The position numbers were made by a program, and so were the translations under genes. A model generated the notes under the pieces. The model saw only the letters and a program-made list of their open reading frames with translations, did no database searches and was not told the DNA's origin. DNA of 51,536 nucleotides, taken from contig OMJK01000068.1 in assembly GCA_900299325.1 (NCBI GenBank), forward strand, positions 1 to 51,536. Direction: 5' to 3'. Each line of letters starts with the position of its first letter. Within the stretch, counting starts at the first letter, position 1. The stretch comes from Nitrospiraceae bacterium (lineage in GTDB: Bacteria > Nitrospirota > Nitrospiria > Nitrospirales > Nitrospiraceae). This document shows positions 18,354-27,433 of the stretch, in pieces.

Positions 18354-18854
18354 ATGTTGACCTGCGGTTGCGGGCGCTGGATGCACACGGAGGGGATCGA
18401 AGAGCGGGCCTATGCCGATGGCGCGCTGCAGTGGTTTATTCGGTCGGAATGCCGGGGATGCGGATTGAAAGTCGGCGTCGACGTGCCGGCCGGTCAGATG
18501 CGCGGGCTGGTCGATCGTCTCATGTGGACCGACGAGGCGCTGCACCGGTTGGATCGCATGCCACCGTATCTTGCGCCGCTGGTTCAGGAAGAGGTGGAGC
18601 AGGACGTGCGCGCGCGCGGCGAGCGCGTGGTCGCGTACGACACGCTGCTGCGTCCGCGGACCGGCGAGCGGATTGTGTGGGACGCCGACGCGGAGCACCG
18701 GCTGGACAATGTGCCGGCGCCGGTGCGGGCGATGGCGAAAATCGAATTGGAGCGGACAGCCGCCGAGCGCGGGCAGACCCACATTACGGTCGCGCTGATG
18801 GAAGAAATCAAGGCCAAGTATTTCGGGATGGGCTCGAGAAAAAGTGATGGGTGA
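18354..18854 (+). CDS. Protein with two PCP_red (protochlorophyllide reductase C-terminal-like) domains and N-terminal Cys motifs
   Basis: WTDEALHRLDRMPPY and WDADAEHRLDNVPAPVR..IT..LMEE; CGC and CRGC. Confidence 0.75.
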   Translation: MLTCGCGRWMHTEGIEERAYADGALQWFIRSECRGCGLKVGVDVPAGQMRGLVDRLMWTDEALHRLDRMPPYLAPLVQEEVEQDVRARGERVVAYDTLLRPRTGERIVWDADAEHRLDNVPAPVRAMAKIELERTAAERGQTHITVALMEEIKAKYFGMGSRKSDG

Positions 18855-18930
18855 GCGGTGATGAGTGATGAGTTAGAAATGGATCTCGCAGGTCTCCTTG
18901 GCTCATCACCCATCACTGATCACCTTTCAC
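18851..18930. repeat. Degenerate heptamer repeats in inverted arrangement
   Basis: GTGAGCG/GTGATGA/GTGATGA facing TCATCAC/CCATCAC/TGATCAC/CTTTCAC. Confidence 0.6.
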
Positions 18931-18934
18931 TGGA

Positions 18935-19996
18935 GTGGTAATGCTGCATCGGATGGCGTTGCGAGTGTTGCCGAGTCTGAGTCTGGCTGTGACGGAAGAT
19001 ACCGTTCGCCGGCGGAAGCGCCTGGTCATGTTTGTGCCGGGGCTGGTGGCATTCGGCGTGTACCGGTTGGCGAAACATGTTTTGCCGCTGACTGAGCCGG
19101 TGGTGCTTCTGGCGATCAGTGGAATCGTTGGATTGGTCACGGCATTGCTGACCTATCGTGTCGGGCGCGGTGTCGGCTGGGAGACGATGCTCAGAGAAGA
19201 CGGGAAGAAGTTGCTGTTTTGGATGGCCGGGTGGATCGGGTTCGTATACGGCATTCAGCTGTCGCTGCTGGTGCTGGCGTTGCTCTGGCTGGTGGGCTAC
19301 GACTATCTGAAGCATCCGGACGGTCCCGCGATGATGGCGATGATCATTTCCTGCACAGCGGTTGCGCGTGATGCGTTTGAGATCGGCCATGTGCGCAACG
19401 TGGCGTTGCAGGGCCGGCCGTTTCCCACCTTTCCGAACGGCGTGCCCTTGCGGCAATTATTGAGTCATCAGACCGTGCAGCTGACTCCTTGGGTGGTTGC
19501 AGGGATGGTGACCGGAGTTGCCGCCGCTTCGTTGGGACAGGTTGCTGCAGGGCCACAGATGACGGCGATCGTGCAGTTGTCGGCGGTCACTGTAGTGGGC
19601 GGAGCGATCGCGCTCGGCGCGTACTTCGGCGGATTGAGACCGCAGGTCTCCTGGACAGCGGTCTTGTCCCAGACAAAACCGGCGGAGTTGCTCAAATATT
19701 GGTGGTGGCCTGGCCTCGCTTTCGCGTCGACCTATTATCTGGTCTCGGCCGGCATCGTGGTGTTCGTATTGCGCCAGCCGGGTGTGCCGACCGGCTATGC
19801 GATGGCGGCGGGCGGGATCGTCGGCGGCGTGATGGCGCTCTACGGCTATTACCTCGGGCATCGCCGGCAAATCGAAGAGCAACAGGGACTCAGTGTAAGT
19901 CCGGCCCTCCTGCGGTGTCCGTTTGTGATGGGGATTCTGAGTAAGTCAACGTCGGGGACTGCCGCACTCTCGGCAGCGCAAGGCTCGAAAGCGTAG
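18935..19996 (+). CDS. Polytopic membrane protein of unknown function
   Basis: About 8 hydrophobic segments; YLKHPDGPAMMA, ARDAFEIGH, LLRCPFV. Confidence 0.7.
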   Translation: MVMLHRMALRVLPSLSLAVTEDTVRRRKRLVMFVPGLVAFGVYRLAKHVLPLTEPVVLLAISGIVGLVTALLTYRVGRGVGWETMLREDGKKLLFWMAGWIGFVYGIQLSLLVLALLWLVGYDYLKHPDGPAMMAMIISCTAVARDAFEIGHVRNVALQGRPFPTFPNGVPLRQLLSHQTVQLTPWVVAGMVTGVAAASLGQVAAGPQMTAIVQLSAVTVVGGAIALGAYFGGLRPQVSWTAVLSQTKPAELLKYWWWPGLAFASTYYLVSAGIVVFVLRQPGVPTGYAMAAGGIVGGVMALYGYYLGHRRQIEEQQGLSVSPALLRCPFVMGILSKSTSGTAALSAAQGSKA

Positions 19997-20007
19997 CGCG
20001 GATAACT

Positions 20008-21879
20008 ATGCGTCGGTCACCATACAACACCGACTGGATCAGGAGAGGGACGGCGGTCGTCCTCTGTCTTCTCGTCGGCGGGATGCTGTGGGGGATGCAG
20101 ACGGCGTCGTTCGCGGACGACGCCGTCGATCACTATTACAAAATCCCCGGTGTGCCGGCCGGACCGGCAGCGCCGGCTCCCGAGGAGACGGTCTATCAGC
20201 GCTACGGCTCGTTGGATAACCGGCTGCTCGTGTGGTTCGTCACGCAGCAGCACACCTACTTCGGCGGATTCGTGCTTGCGCTGCCGCTCTTCTGCGCGCT
20301 GTTGGAATTCCTGGGCCTGCGGACAAAGAAACCGGCGCTGGCGTTGCGGTACGACGGGCTCGCGCGGGACCTGGCCAAGGTGGCGCTGCTCGCGCTGTCG
20401 GTCACGGCGGTGGTCGGCAGCCTCATGCTGGCCCTGTTCATTACGCTCTATCCGAGTTTCATGAAGTATATGGGCGGAACGTTCAAATCGTTCATGCCGG
20501 TCTACGCGGTCGTGTTCGTCGGGGAATCCCTGTTGCTCTTGGCCTACTATTATAGTTGGAACCGCATGGCCGAGCCGGCGCTCAAGTGGGTGCATGCCGC
20601 CATCGGTATTCTGACCAACGTGTTCGGGACGGCGCTATTGTTGCTGGCGAATGCGTGGGCCGCCTTTATGATGGCGCCGGCCGGCGTCGATGCGCAGGGG
20701 CGCTTTCTCGGGAACGGCTGGCATCTGCTCCATTCGGCACTCTGGAATCCGCTGAACGTCCATCGCTTCCTGGCCGACATCATGTCCGGCGGCGCGGTCG
20801 TGCTGGCCTACGCCTGCTACCGGTTCTTCACCAGCAAGACGGCGGAAGAGCGCGCGTATTTCGACTGGGTCGGCTATGTGTTTTTGTTCGTCACCGTCTG
20901 CGCGCTCCTGCCGATGCCGATTGCCGGCTACTGGCTGATGCGCTCCGTCTACGCGTTTCGCCAAAGCATGGGCGTGACGATGATGGGCGGGCTGCTCACC
21001 TGGCTGTTCGTCGTCCAGGCGCTGCTGATCGGCGCGTTGTTTCTCGGCATCAACTATTATCTCTGGCAGAGCATGGCCCGCATCCGCGGCGGCGAACGGT
21101 ATCAGCCGTACTATCAGGCGCTGCTCATCGTGTTGACGCTCGCGGTGTCTATCTGGCTCACGCCCCACACCGTGCTGATGTCGCCGAGCGAAGTGAAGGC
21201 GATGGGCGGCGCGCAGCATCCTGTGGTCGGAAACTATGGGGTGATGTCGGCGAAGAACGGCGCGGTCAACGTGATGATTCTCGTCACCACGCTCAGTTAT
21301 CTTTTCTATCGGCGGGCCAACCGCACGATGACGGTGTCGTGGGTGAGCGCCGGCAATCTCGCCATCGGCGCGTTGTTTGCCGTCGGCCTGCTGAATGTGG
21401 TGTGGCTGTCGGTCTACGGGTTCTACCTGCCGGCGAAATTGCGCGTAGGGCTGTCGTCGCCGCAGGCGATGACGACATTGACGGTGATCGTGGTCAGCCT
21501 GCTGATCAATCGCGCCATGCTGAAGGGAGCGGTGGTCCATGGACCCGTACAGTGGGGCAAGATTCCGTTGCGCGGGATGATCGGTTTGTTCGGGCTGGCG
21601 GCGGCGTTTTCGTGGGTGATGGGGCTCATGGGCTATATCCGGTCTTCGGGGCGGCTGTCCTGGCATGTGAACGAACTGATGGCCGATGTGTCGCCCTGGT
21701 CGTTCACGCCGAATCTGGAATTCGCCGCGAAAATGGTCACGCTCAACATGGTCGTCTTCTGGGGCGCGGTGCTGACCCTGTTCTGGCTCTGTCAGCGCGG
21801 GCAGCAACCGGTGATGGGAGAAGAGTTTCACGAGGAGTCTGCGCCGGTCCTCGAACCGGCGTCCTCGCAGGAAGGCTAA
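20008..21879 (+). CDS. Cytochrome bd-like oxidase subunit I (CydA-like), copy 1
   Basis: QQHTYFGGF, NAWAAFMMAPAG, WNPLNVHR, MGYIRSSGR; multiple TM; paralog of 25441..27357. Confidence 0.85.
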   Translation: MRRSPYNTDWIRRGTAVVLCLLVGGMLWGMQTASFADDAVDHYYKIPGVPAGPAAPAPEETVYQRYGSLDNRLLVWFVTQQHTYFGGFVLALPLFCALLEFLGLRTKKPALALRYDGLARDLAKVALLALSVTAVVGSLMLALFITLYPSFMKYMGGTFKSFMPVYAVVFVGESLLLLAYYYSWNRMAEPALKWVHAAIGILTNVFGTALLLLANAWAAFMMAPAGVDAQGRFLGNGWHLLHSALWNPLNVHRFLADIMSGGAVVLAYACYRFFTSKTAEERAYFDWVGYVFLFVTVCALLPMPIAGYWLMRSVYAFRQSMGVTMMGGLLTWLFVVQALLIGALFLGINYYLWQSMARIRGGERYQPYYQALLIVLTLAVSIWLTPHTVLMSPSEVKAMGGAQHPVVGNYGVMSAKNGAVNVMILVTTLSYLFYRRANRTMTVSWVSAGNLAIGALFAVGLLNVVWLSVYGFYLPAKLRVGLSSPQAMTTLTVIVVSLLINRAMLKGAVVHGPVQWGKIPLRGMIGLFGLAAAFSWVMGLMGYIRSSGRLSWHVNELMADVSPWSFTPNLEFAAKMVTLNMVVFWGAVLTLFWLCQRGQQPVMGEEFHEESAPVLEPASSQEG

Positions 21880-21894
21880 GGAGGCATTGTCCGC

Positions 21895-22548
21895 ATGATG
21901 TGTCGTCGATGGCTGAGCGGGATCGGGTTGGCCGGTGTCGTGTGGTGTGCCGTGCTGGCGCCAGGGTCGATCTCCGCGCAAAGCCAGACGCTGGTGCTGG
22001 AGGATTTTCAAGCCAAGGAATCGGACGGGTTTCCGTCAAAATGGGGCCACGAAGAAATGCGCTCCGAGGCGAAAGGGCGAAGCGCATACAAAGTTGTTAC
22101 TGAAAACGGCGGCAATTTTTTGACCGTGAAGGATGCTGGTCAGCGGATTAAGAACAAAAAAATAGACTGGGATCCCAAAGCCTATCCAGTCCTTACCTGG
22201 CGATGGCGGCTCAACAAAGCTCCTGAAGGCACCGAGCAGATTGGCGCAATCTTCGTGACGCTCGATACCGATCTCATGCTCATTCCTGTTTGGACCAAAT
22301 ATTTATGGAGCGCTACAAAGCCGGAAGGGGCGTTAACGGAAGGCGGCATGTTCAGCGGATCGGAGATCGTCGTACAGAGCGGCACGAAAGAGGTCGGCCA
22401 GTGGGTTGAGGAGCGGGTGAACGTGTATGAGGATTTTAAGCGCATTCATAAGCATGAACCAGCTCCGAAGGCTTGGGGCATATCGATCACTGCCAGTCCT
22501 GGTGTGGAAATCGATTTTGGTCCACTAGTCGCGGTGTCCGCGAAGTAA
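21895..22548 (+). CDS. Exported DUF3047-like protein
   Basis: Signal peptide; [28 protein letters not shown]. Confidence 0.7.
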   Translation: MMCRRWLSGIGLAGVVWCAVLAPGSISAQSQTLVLEDFQAKESDGFPSKWGHEEMRSEAKGRSAYKVVTENGGNFLTVKDAGQRIKNKKIDWDPKAYPVLTWRWRLNKAPEGTEQIGAIFVTLDTDLMLIPVWTKYLWSATKPEGALTEGGMFSGSEIVVQSGTKEVGQWVEERVNVYEDFKRIHKHEPAPKAWGISITASPGVEIDFGPLVAVSAK

Positions 22549-22567
22549 TCGACGTCGAGCGTTTGCG

Positions 22568-22969
22568 ATGACAGACACAGCGCAATCCGGGGCCATGCCC
22601 GTTCATAAATTTTTCGATGTCGCATTCGGCATCGCGGTGATGGGCACCGTCGGCACGCTCATTGGTACGATCATGGGCGGCGGCATTATGCCGGTGGCGA
22701 TCGGCCTGGGTCTGGTGATGGGCGGCATCATCGGATTCTGGGGCGGCCGGCGATTTCTGAGCAGCATTCTCGTCGGCACGCTGCTGGGCGGCGCGCTGGC
22801 CTGGTTGGTCGCCGGCGAGGAGCGGATTTCGGTCGGCGCAGGAGCCGGCGCCGCGATGGGGGGCTTTCTCGGCGTGCAGATTTCGATGTTGCTCGACATG
22901 CGTGCGGCCAGGAAAGCCGAGGCGGCGTTGGCGGGACAGCCGGACGGACAGGCGACACCGGACGCGTGA
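22568..22969 (+). CDS. Gly-rich small membrane protein
   Basis: GxxxG-rich hydrophobic helices. Confidence 0.7.
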   Translation: MTDTAQSGAMPVHKFFDVAFGIAVMGTVGTLIGTIMGGGIMPVAIGLGLVMGGIIGFWGGRRFLSSILVGTLLGGALAWLVAGEERISVGAGAGAAMGGFLGVQISMLLDMRAARKAEAALAGQPDGQATPDA

Positions 22970-23004
22970 GCGATGAGTGCGGGTGACCGGAAGGATGGAG
23001 TGAC

Positions 23005-23919
23005 ATGGATAACAAAGGCGTATTGATCGGGTCGATCATCTTTGTGTTCGGATCGTTTGCGCTGATGATCGGCATGATGCTCTGGGAATCGAATAAAGCG
23101 TACAAAATGAAGGAACTGGTGCAGTCCGTGAAGACGGAAAGCCGTCCGGTCGCGGGCAAAACGGCCGCGCAGGATTATTCGATGTACAAAACCCGAATGG
23201 GCGACGAAGGCCGCGAGATGGTGCAGATTCCCGAAGGCCCGTTCACGATGGGCAGCAACGACGGCGATCCCGACGAGGCGCCCGAGCACCAGGTGTTTTT
23301 GAAGGCCTATTTCATCGACAAGAAGGAAGTGAGTCAGGAGGAGTACACCCGGTTCGCGAAGATGACGAAGCGGCCGATGCCGAAGATCGAAGTATTCGAA
23401 GACGATCAGGCCAAAGTGCTGAAGCCCGAACTCGTGGCCATGAGCGTGTCGTGGGAAGATGCGAAGGCCTATTGCAAATGGGCCGGCAAGCGGTTGCCGA
23501 CCGAAGCGGAGTGGGAAAAAGCCGGTCGGGGGGAGGGCAAGCGCAAGTATCCCTGGGGCGATAAATTTCTAACCGGCAGCGCCAACCTCGACGGTGCGGA
23601 GGACGGCCACAAGTATCTGGCGCCGCCGGGCTCGTTCGAAGCCGGCCGCAGCCCCTATGGGGTATACGACATGACCGGCAATGTGGCTGAGTGGGTCGAA
23701 GATTCTTACGAAGAGAATATCTACAAGAAAGCCGTGTATCGGGATCCCAAAGGGCCGAGCGACGGCCAGTTGAAGGTCGTGCGCGGCGGATCGTGGCGGG
23801 AGACGGAACAGAACGCCAGGCTCTCCAAGCGGTTTGCGGCCAAATACTGGCGCACCGACATTACGATCGGCATTCGCTGCGCCGCCGACCTGGAACCCGG
23901 AGGCGCGGCAAGCCAGTAG
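23005..23919 (+). CDS. Membrane-anchored FGE-sulfatase (SUMF1)-fold protein
   Basis: IPEGPFTMG, RLPTEAEWEKA, DMTGNVAEW, RGGSW, IGIRC. Confidence 0.9.
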   Translation: MDNKGVLIGSIIFVFGSFALMIGMMLWESNKAYKMKELVQSVKTESRPVAGKTAAQDYSMYKTRMGDEGREMVQIPEGPFTMGSNDGDPDEAPEHQVFLKAYFIDKKEVSQEEYTRFAKMTKRPMPKIEVFEDDQAKVLKPELVAMSVSWEDAKAYCKWAGKRLPTEAEWEKAGRGEGKRKYPWGDKFLTGSANLDGAEDGHKYLAPPGSFEAGRSPYGVYDMTGNVAEWVEDSYEENIYKKAVYRDPKGPSDGQLKVVRGGSWRETEQNARLSKRFAAKYWRTDITIGIRCAADLEPGGAASQ

Positions 23920-23923
23920 GGTC

Positions 23924-24823
23924 ATGCTGGAAACCAAATTCAAGGTCGCCTTCCTGCTTGCGGTGCTCGTCTTTGCCGCGCTGCCGATTATGGGCATTCT
24001 GCGCGGGACATTTCTCACGCCATTCGAACAGTCGTCGTCCGATCCGCCGGAGTCGTCCGCTCCCGATACCGCCGCCATGGCCAAGGAAGAGCCTCTTCCG
24101 GACGAGATGGTGACGATTCCGGCCGGACCGTTCATTCGAGGGACCGATGCCGGAGGCTTCGATGAGAAACCGCCGCGCACAATTTATTTGGACGCGTTTC
24201 GCATCGACCGGTACGAAGTCACGAATTATCACTATGCGCAGTTCATCGCGGCCACCGGTCACCGCAAGGCCGGCCCCCCGTCGCGGTATGCCAAGAACGT
24301 CGCCAAGATGCGGGGCCCGAATCAGCCGGTCGTGTATGTGTCCTGGGAGGACGCCGAGGCCTATTGCCGTTGGAAAGGCAAGCGGCTGCCGACCGAAGCC
24401 GAATGGGAAAAAGCGATGCGGGGTACCGACGGACGGTTATGGCCCTGGGGGAATACCGAACGGTTGAACGGGGCCAACTGGGCCCGCGTGGACGATGGCT
24501 ATGAGACCACGGCGTCGGTCGGCACGTTCAAGGCGGACGCCAGTCCGTACGGTGTGATGGACGGAGCCGGCAATGTGATGGAGTGGGTAGAGGACTGGTA
24601 TTCGGAAACGTATTACGCCGATGCGCCGGAAAAAAATCCGCCCAGTCCGGACCACGGCGTGTATCGGGTGATGCGCGGCGGCGGTTACACGACGACCGGC
24701 GGCGATGTGCGGATCACCAGCCGGAGTAAATTGATGGCGGATTTTCGCGATGAAACGATCGGATTTCGGTGCGCGATTTCAGAAATTGCCGGCGCTAATG
24801 AAGGAGCGAAGAAAAGCGGATAA
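23924..24823 (+). CDS. Membrane-anchored FGE-sulfatase (SUMF1)-fold protein, second paralog
   Basis: ATG 23924; RLPTEAEWEKA, GNVMEW, RGGGY, IGFRC. Confidence 0.9.
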   Translation: MLETKFKVAFLLAVLVFAALPIMGILRGTFLTPFEQSSSDPPESSAPDTAAMAKEEPLPDEMVTIPAGPFIRGTDAGGFDEKPPRTIYLDAFRIDRYEVTNYHYAQFIAATGHRKAGPPSRYAKNVAKMRGPNQPVVYVSWEDAEAYCRWKGKRLPTEAEWEKAMRGTDGRLWPWGNTERLNGANWARVDDGYETTASVGTFKADASPYGVMDGAGNVMEWVEDWYSETYYADAPEKNPPSPDHGVYRVMRGGGYTTTGGDVRITSRSKLMADFRDETIGFRCAISEIAGANEGAKKSG

Positions 24824-24873
24824 CCTACAGAAAATCAAAGTAGTAGAGGATGAGAAACACGGCCAGAATGATG

Positions 24874-24902
24874 TTGACAACCATACCGGCCAAAACTATA
24901 AT
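24874..24902 (+). promoter_or_regulatory. Consensus sigma-70 promoter
   Basis: TTGACA-17 nt-TATAAT. Confidence 0.85.
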
Positions 24903-25048
24903 GTCGAACAATTTTGAGTTTTTCGTCATTGTCTTGTCCACGATTTAACGTCTGAACGCGAGGAATTTTCAATAACATACCGGTCTCGGTGTGTCAAGGT
25001 TGGGCCGGTGTGACTTCACCATTTTGAGTTGCGGACAGAGGAGGTACG

Positions 25049-25171
25049 ATGGCAACGGCAACAGCGGACAGCGAGTTGAAAGTGAAGATCGGCAAGATGA
25101 TTTTCTACATCACCTGTGCCGTCGGTTTGTGGTTCTTCTACTGGTTTGCGGGCATTCAGTGCCCGTGCTGA
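25049..25171 (+). CDS. 40-aa single-TM protein (absent from ORF track)
   Basis: GAGGAGG RBS; MATATADSELKVKIGKMIFYITCAVGLWFFYWFAGIQCPC*. Confidence 0.75.
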   Translation: MATATADSELKVKIGKMIFYITCAVGLWFFYWFAGIQCPC

Positions 25172-25244
25172 AAAAAATCGAACCGGCATTCATCTGATCT
25201 AGTGCGCCGCGCGGATCGCGCGCGGCAGGAGGAGAGGGGACGCA

Positions 25245-25376
25245 ATGAGCGCATTGAACAATCCCGTCATCGCAGTCATTGTCTCAGTCGTTGTGGCTGT
25301 GACCTACTTTACGCTCGTCGATCATTTCCTGATGGACATGCAGGGCCTGGATTATTGGTACCTGTTCAGGAAGTAA
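25245..25376 (+). CDS. 43-aa single-TM protein (absent from ORF track)
   Basis: AGGAGGAGAGGGG RBS; MSALNNPVIAVIVSVVVAVTYFTLVDHFLMDMQGLDYWYLFRK*. Confidence 0.75.
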   Translation: MSALNNPVIAVIVSVVVAVTYFTLVDHFLMDMQGLDYWYLFRK

Positions 25377-25440
25377 CGCGGGCATGGTTTTCAGGGCTGA
25401 ATCGGTTGATCATATCCGGAATGCATCAAGGAGGTTTGCC

Positions 25441-27357
25441 ATGGGTCCAGTAACCCGCAAGAAGGTCTTTTCAATCATGGCGCTCTGCGCGATGATTAGC
25501 CTTCTCCTGCTTCCGATCATCGTGTCGATTCCGTCACCGGCGATCGGTGCGGATGCACCAGCGGCCGATGCGGCGAAGAAGGATGAGGCCAAGGTCGAGA
25601 AAGGGCGCGACGTCTATTATAAGACGGAGGGCATCGTCGTCGGTGCGCCGGCCCCGAAGACCACGGACGGTCCCAAGGACTATCCGCGGTACAACTTCGA
25701 GAGCCGCGTGCTGCTCTGGTTCGCCAACCAGCAGCACCTCTACTACGGCAGCTTCGTGCTGGCGGTTCCGATCTTCTGCATGATCATCGAGTTTATGGGG
25801 GTGGTGACCAAGGACAAGGCGCTCGCGAAGAAGTACGACCAGCTGGCCTACGACTTCATCAAGATCAGCTTGACGGCCTATTCGCTGACCGCCATCCTCG
25901 GCGGTATTCTCATCTTTACCTTCCTCACGCTCTATCCGGCATTCTTCGGTTATCTGTCCAGCATCTTCCGTCCGGTCATGCACATCTATGCGTTGATGTT
26001 CGTGGCAGAGAGCGGCACCCTCTACATCTACTATTACGGGTGGGACAAGATGAAAGAGGGCTTCCTCAAGTGGATTCACTTGAGCATGTCCGTGATCCTC
26101 AACATCATTGGAACGTTGCTGATGTTCCTGGCGAATAGCTGGATCGGCTTCATGATGTCGCCCGCGGGCGTCGATGAGCAGGGCCGGTTCCTGGGGAACA
26201 TCTGGCACGTGATCCATACCGCGTTGTGGAATCCGCTGAACGTCCACCGCATCCTCGGCAACATGGCGTTCGGCGGCGGTGTCGTCGCGGCGTATGCGGC
26301 CTACCGGTTCCTCGCGTCCAAGACGGACGAGGATCGGGCCCACTACGACTGGATGGGTTATATCGCGATGGCCCTCGGAGTCGCGTTCTTGATTCCGCTG
26401 CCCTTTGCCGGGTATTGGCTGATGCGCGAAGTGTATGCCTATCGTCAACAGATGGGCATCACGCTGATGGGCGGTCTGCTCGCCTGGCTCTTCATCATCC
26501 AGGCGACGATGATCGGCATCCTGTTCCTCAGCACCAACTATTATCTGTGGCAGGCGATGGGCCGGATGCGTGGCGCGGAAAAGTATCAGCGCTACATCAA
26601 GTATCTTGTGTTCATTCTCTGCTGCGGCTATCTCGTCTTCATCACGCCCCACACCATGGTCATGACCCCCGCCGAGTTAAAAGCGATGGGCGGTCAGCAG
26701 CACCCGGTGCTCGGGAACTATGGCGTCATGTCGGCCAAAAACGGCGGCATCAACGTCATCATTACCACGACGGTGCTGAGCTTCGTGTGGTACATGCGGG
26801 GCAACAAGGTCTCAACCCTGTCATGGGCGAAGTTCGGGAACATCTTCATGGGAGTGTTCTTCTTCTTCGCGTACGTCAACATTATCTGGTTGGCGATCTA
26901 CGGCTATTACATTCCGGCCAACGTCCGTGTCGGACTGTCGGTGCCACAGGTGGCCACCACGCTCTCCTGCCTCTTCTTCATGTTCGCGCTGAACAGCGTC
27001 ATGATGAAGGGCGCAAAGCAGATGGGGCCGATCGAGTGGGGCAAGATCTCGGTGCGTTCGCAGTACGCCCTGATCATGCTCGCGACGGCGTTTACCTGGA
27101 TGATGGGATTGATGGGCTACATCCGTTCCTCGGTCCGGTTGTTCTGGCACGTGAATGAAATTATGCGCGACAACTCGCCCTGGGCCTATACACACACGGT
27201 GGGATTCGCGGCCAATATGATTTCGTTCAACGTGCTGTTCTTCTGGGTCAGTATTCTGTTTGTCTTCTGGCTCGGCAGCCTGGCTGCGAAGAAGGTTCCT
27301 GTGTCAGCGACAGCCACGGCGCCGGGTGGGGCGCCGCAGCCGGCCGGGAGTCACTAA
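25441..27357 (+). CDS. Cytochrome bd-like oxidase subunit I (CydA-like), copy 2
   Basis: ATG 25441 after AGGAGG; QQHLYYGSF, NSWIGFMMSPAG, WNPLNVHR, MGYIRSSVR. Confidence 0.88.
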   Translation: MGPVTRKKVFSIMALCAMISLLLLPIIVSIPSPAIGADAPAADAAKKDEAKVEKGRDVYYKTEGIVVGAPAPKTTDGPKDYPRYNFESRVLLWFANQQHLYYGSFVLAVPIFCMIIEFMGVVTKDKALAKKYDQLAYDFIKISLTAYSLTAILGGILIFTFLTLYPAFFGYLSSIFRPVMHIYALMFVAESGTLYIYYYGWDKMKEGFLKWIHLSMSVILNIIGTLLMFLANSWIGFMMSPAGVDEQGRFLGNIWHVIHTALWNPLNVHRILGNMAFGGGVVAAYAAYRFLASKTDEDRAHYDWMGYIAMALGVAFLIPLPFAGYWLMREVYAYRQQMGITLMGGLLAWLFIIQATMIGILFLSTNYYLWQAMGRMRGAEKYQRYIKYLVFILCCGYLVFITPHTMVMTPAELKAMGGQQHPVLGNYGVMSAKNGGINVIITTTVLSFVWYMRGNKVSTLSWAKFGNIFMGVFFFFAYVNIIWLAIYGYYIPANVRVGLSVPQVATTLSCLFFMFALNSVMMKGAKQMGPIEWGKISVRSQYALIMLATAFTWMMGLMGYIRSSVRLFWHVNEIMRDNSPWAYTHTVGFAANMISFNVLFFWVSILFVFWLGSLAAKKVPVSATATAPGGAPQPAGSH

Positions 27358-27433
27358 CTCATTCGAGAACTGGAGCACGGAGGGTCGACGCGGAGGCGTC
27401 GGCCCCCGACTCTAGCTGCAGGAGGTCACAACC

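Noticed and set aside
18851-18930. Possible CRISPR array in repetitive intergenic DNA
   Set aside because: 7-nt degenerate units, no repeat-spacer periodicity, no cas genes
24991-25453. Track ORFs 24991..25197 and 25202..25453
   Set aside because: No RBS and unprotein-like; the other-frame 40- and 43-aa ORFs have strong RBS and TM helices
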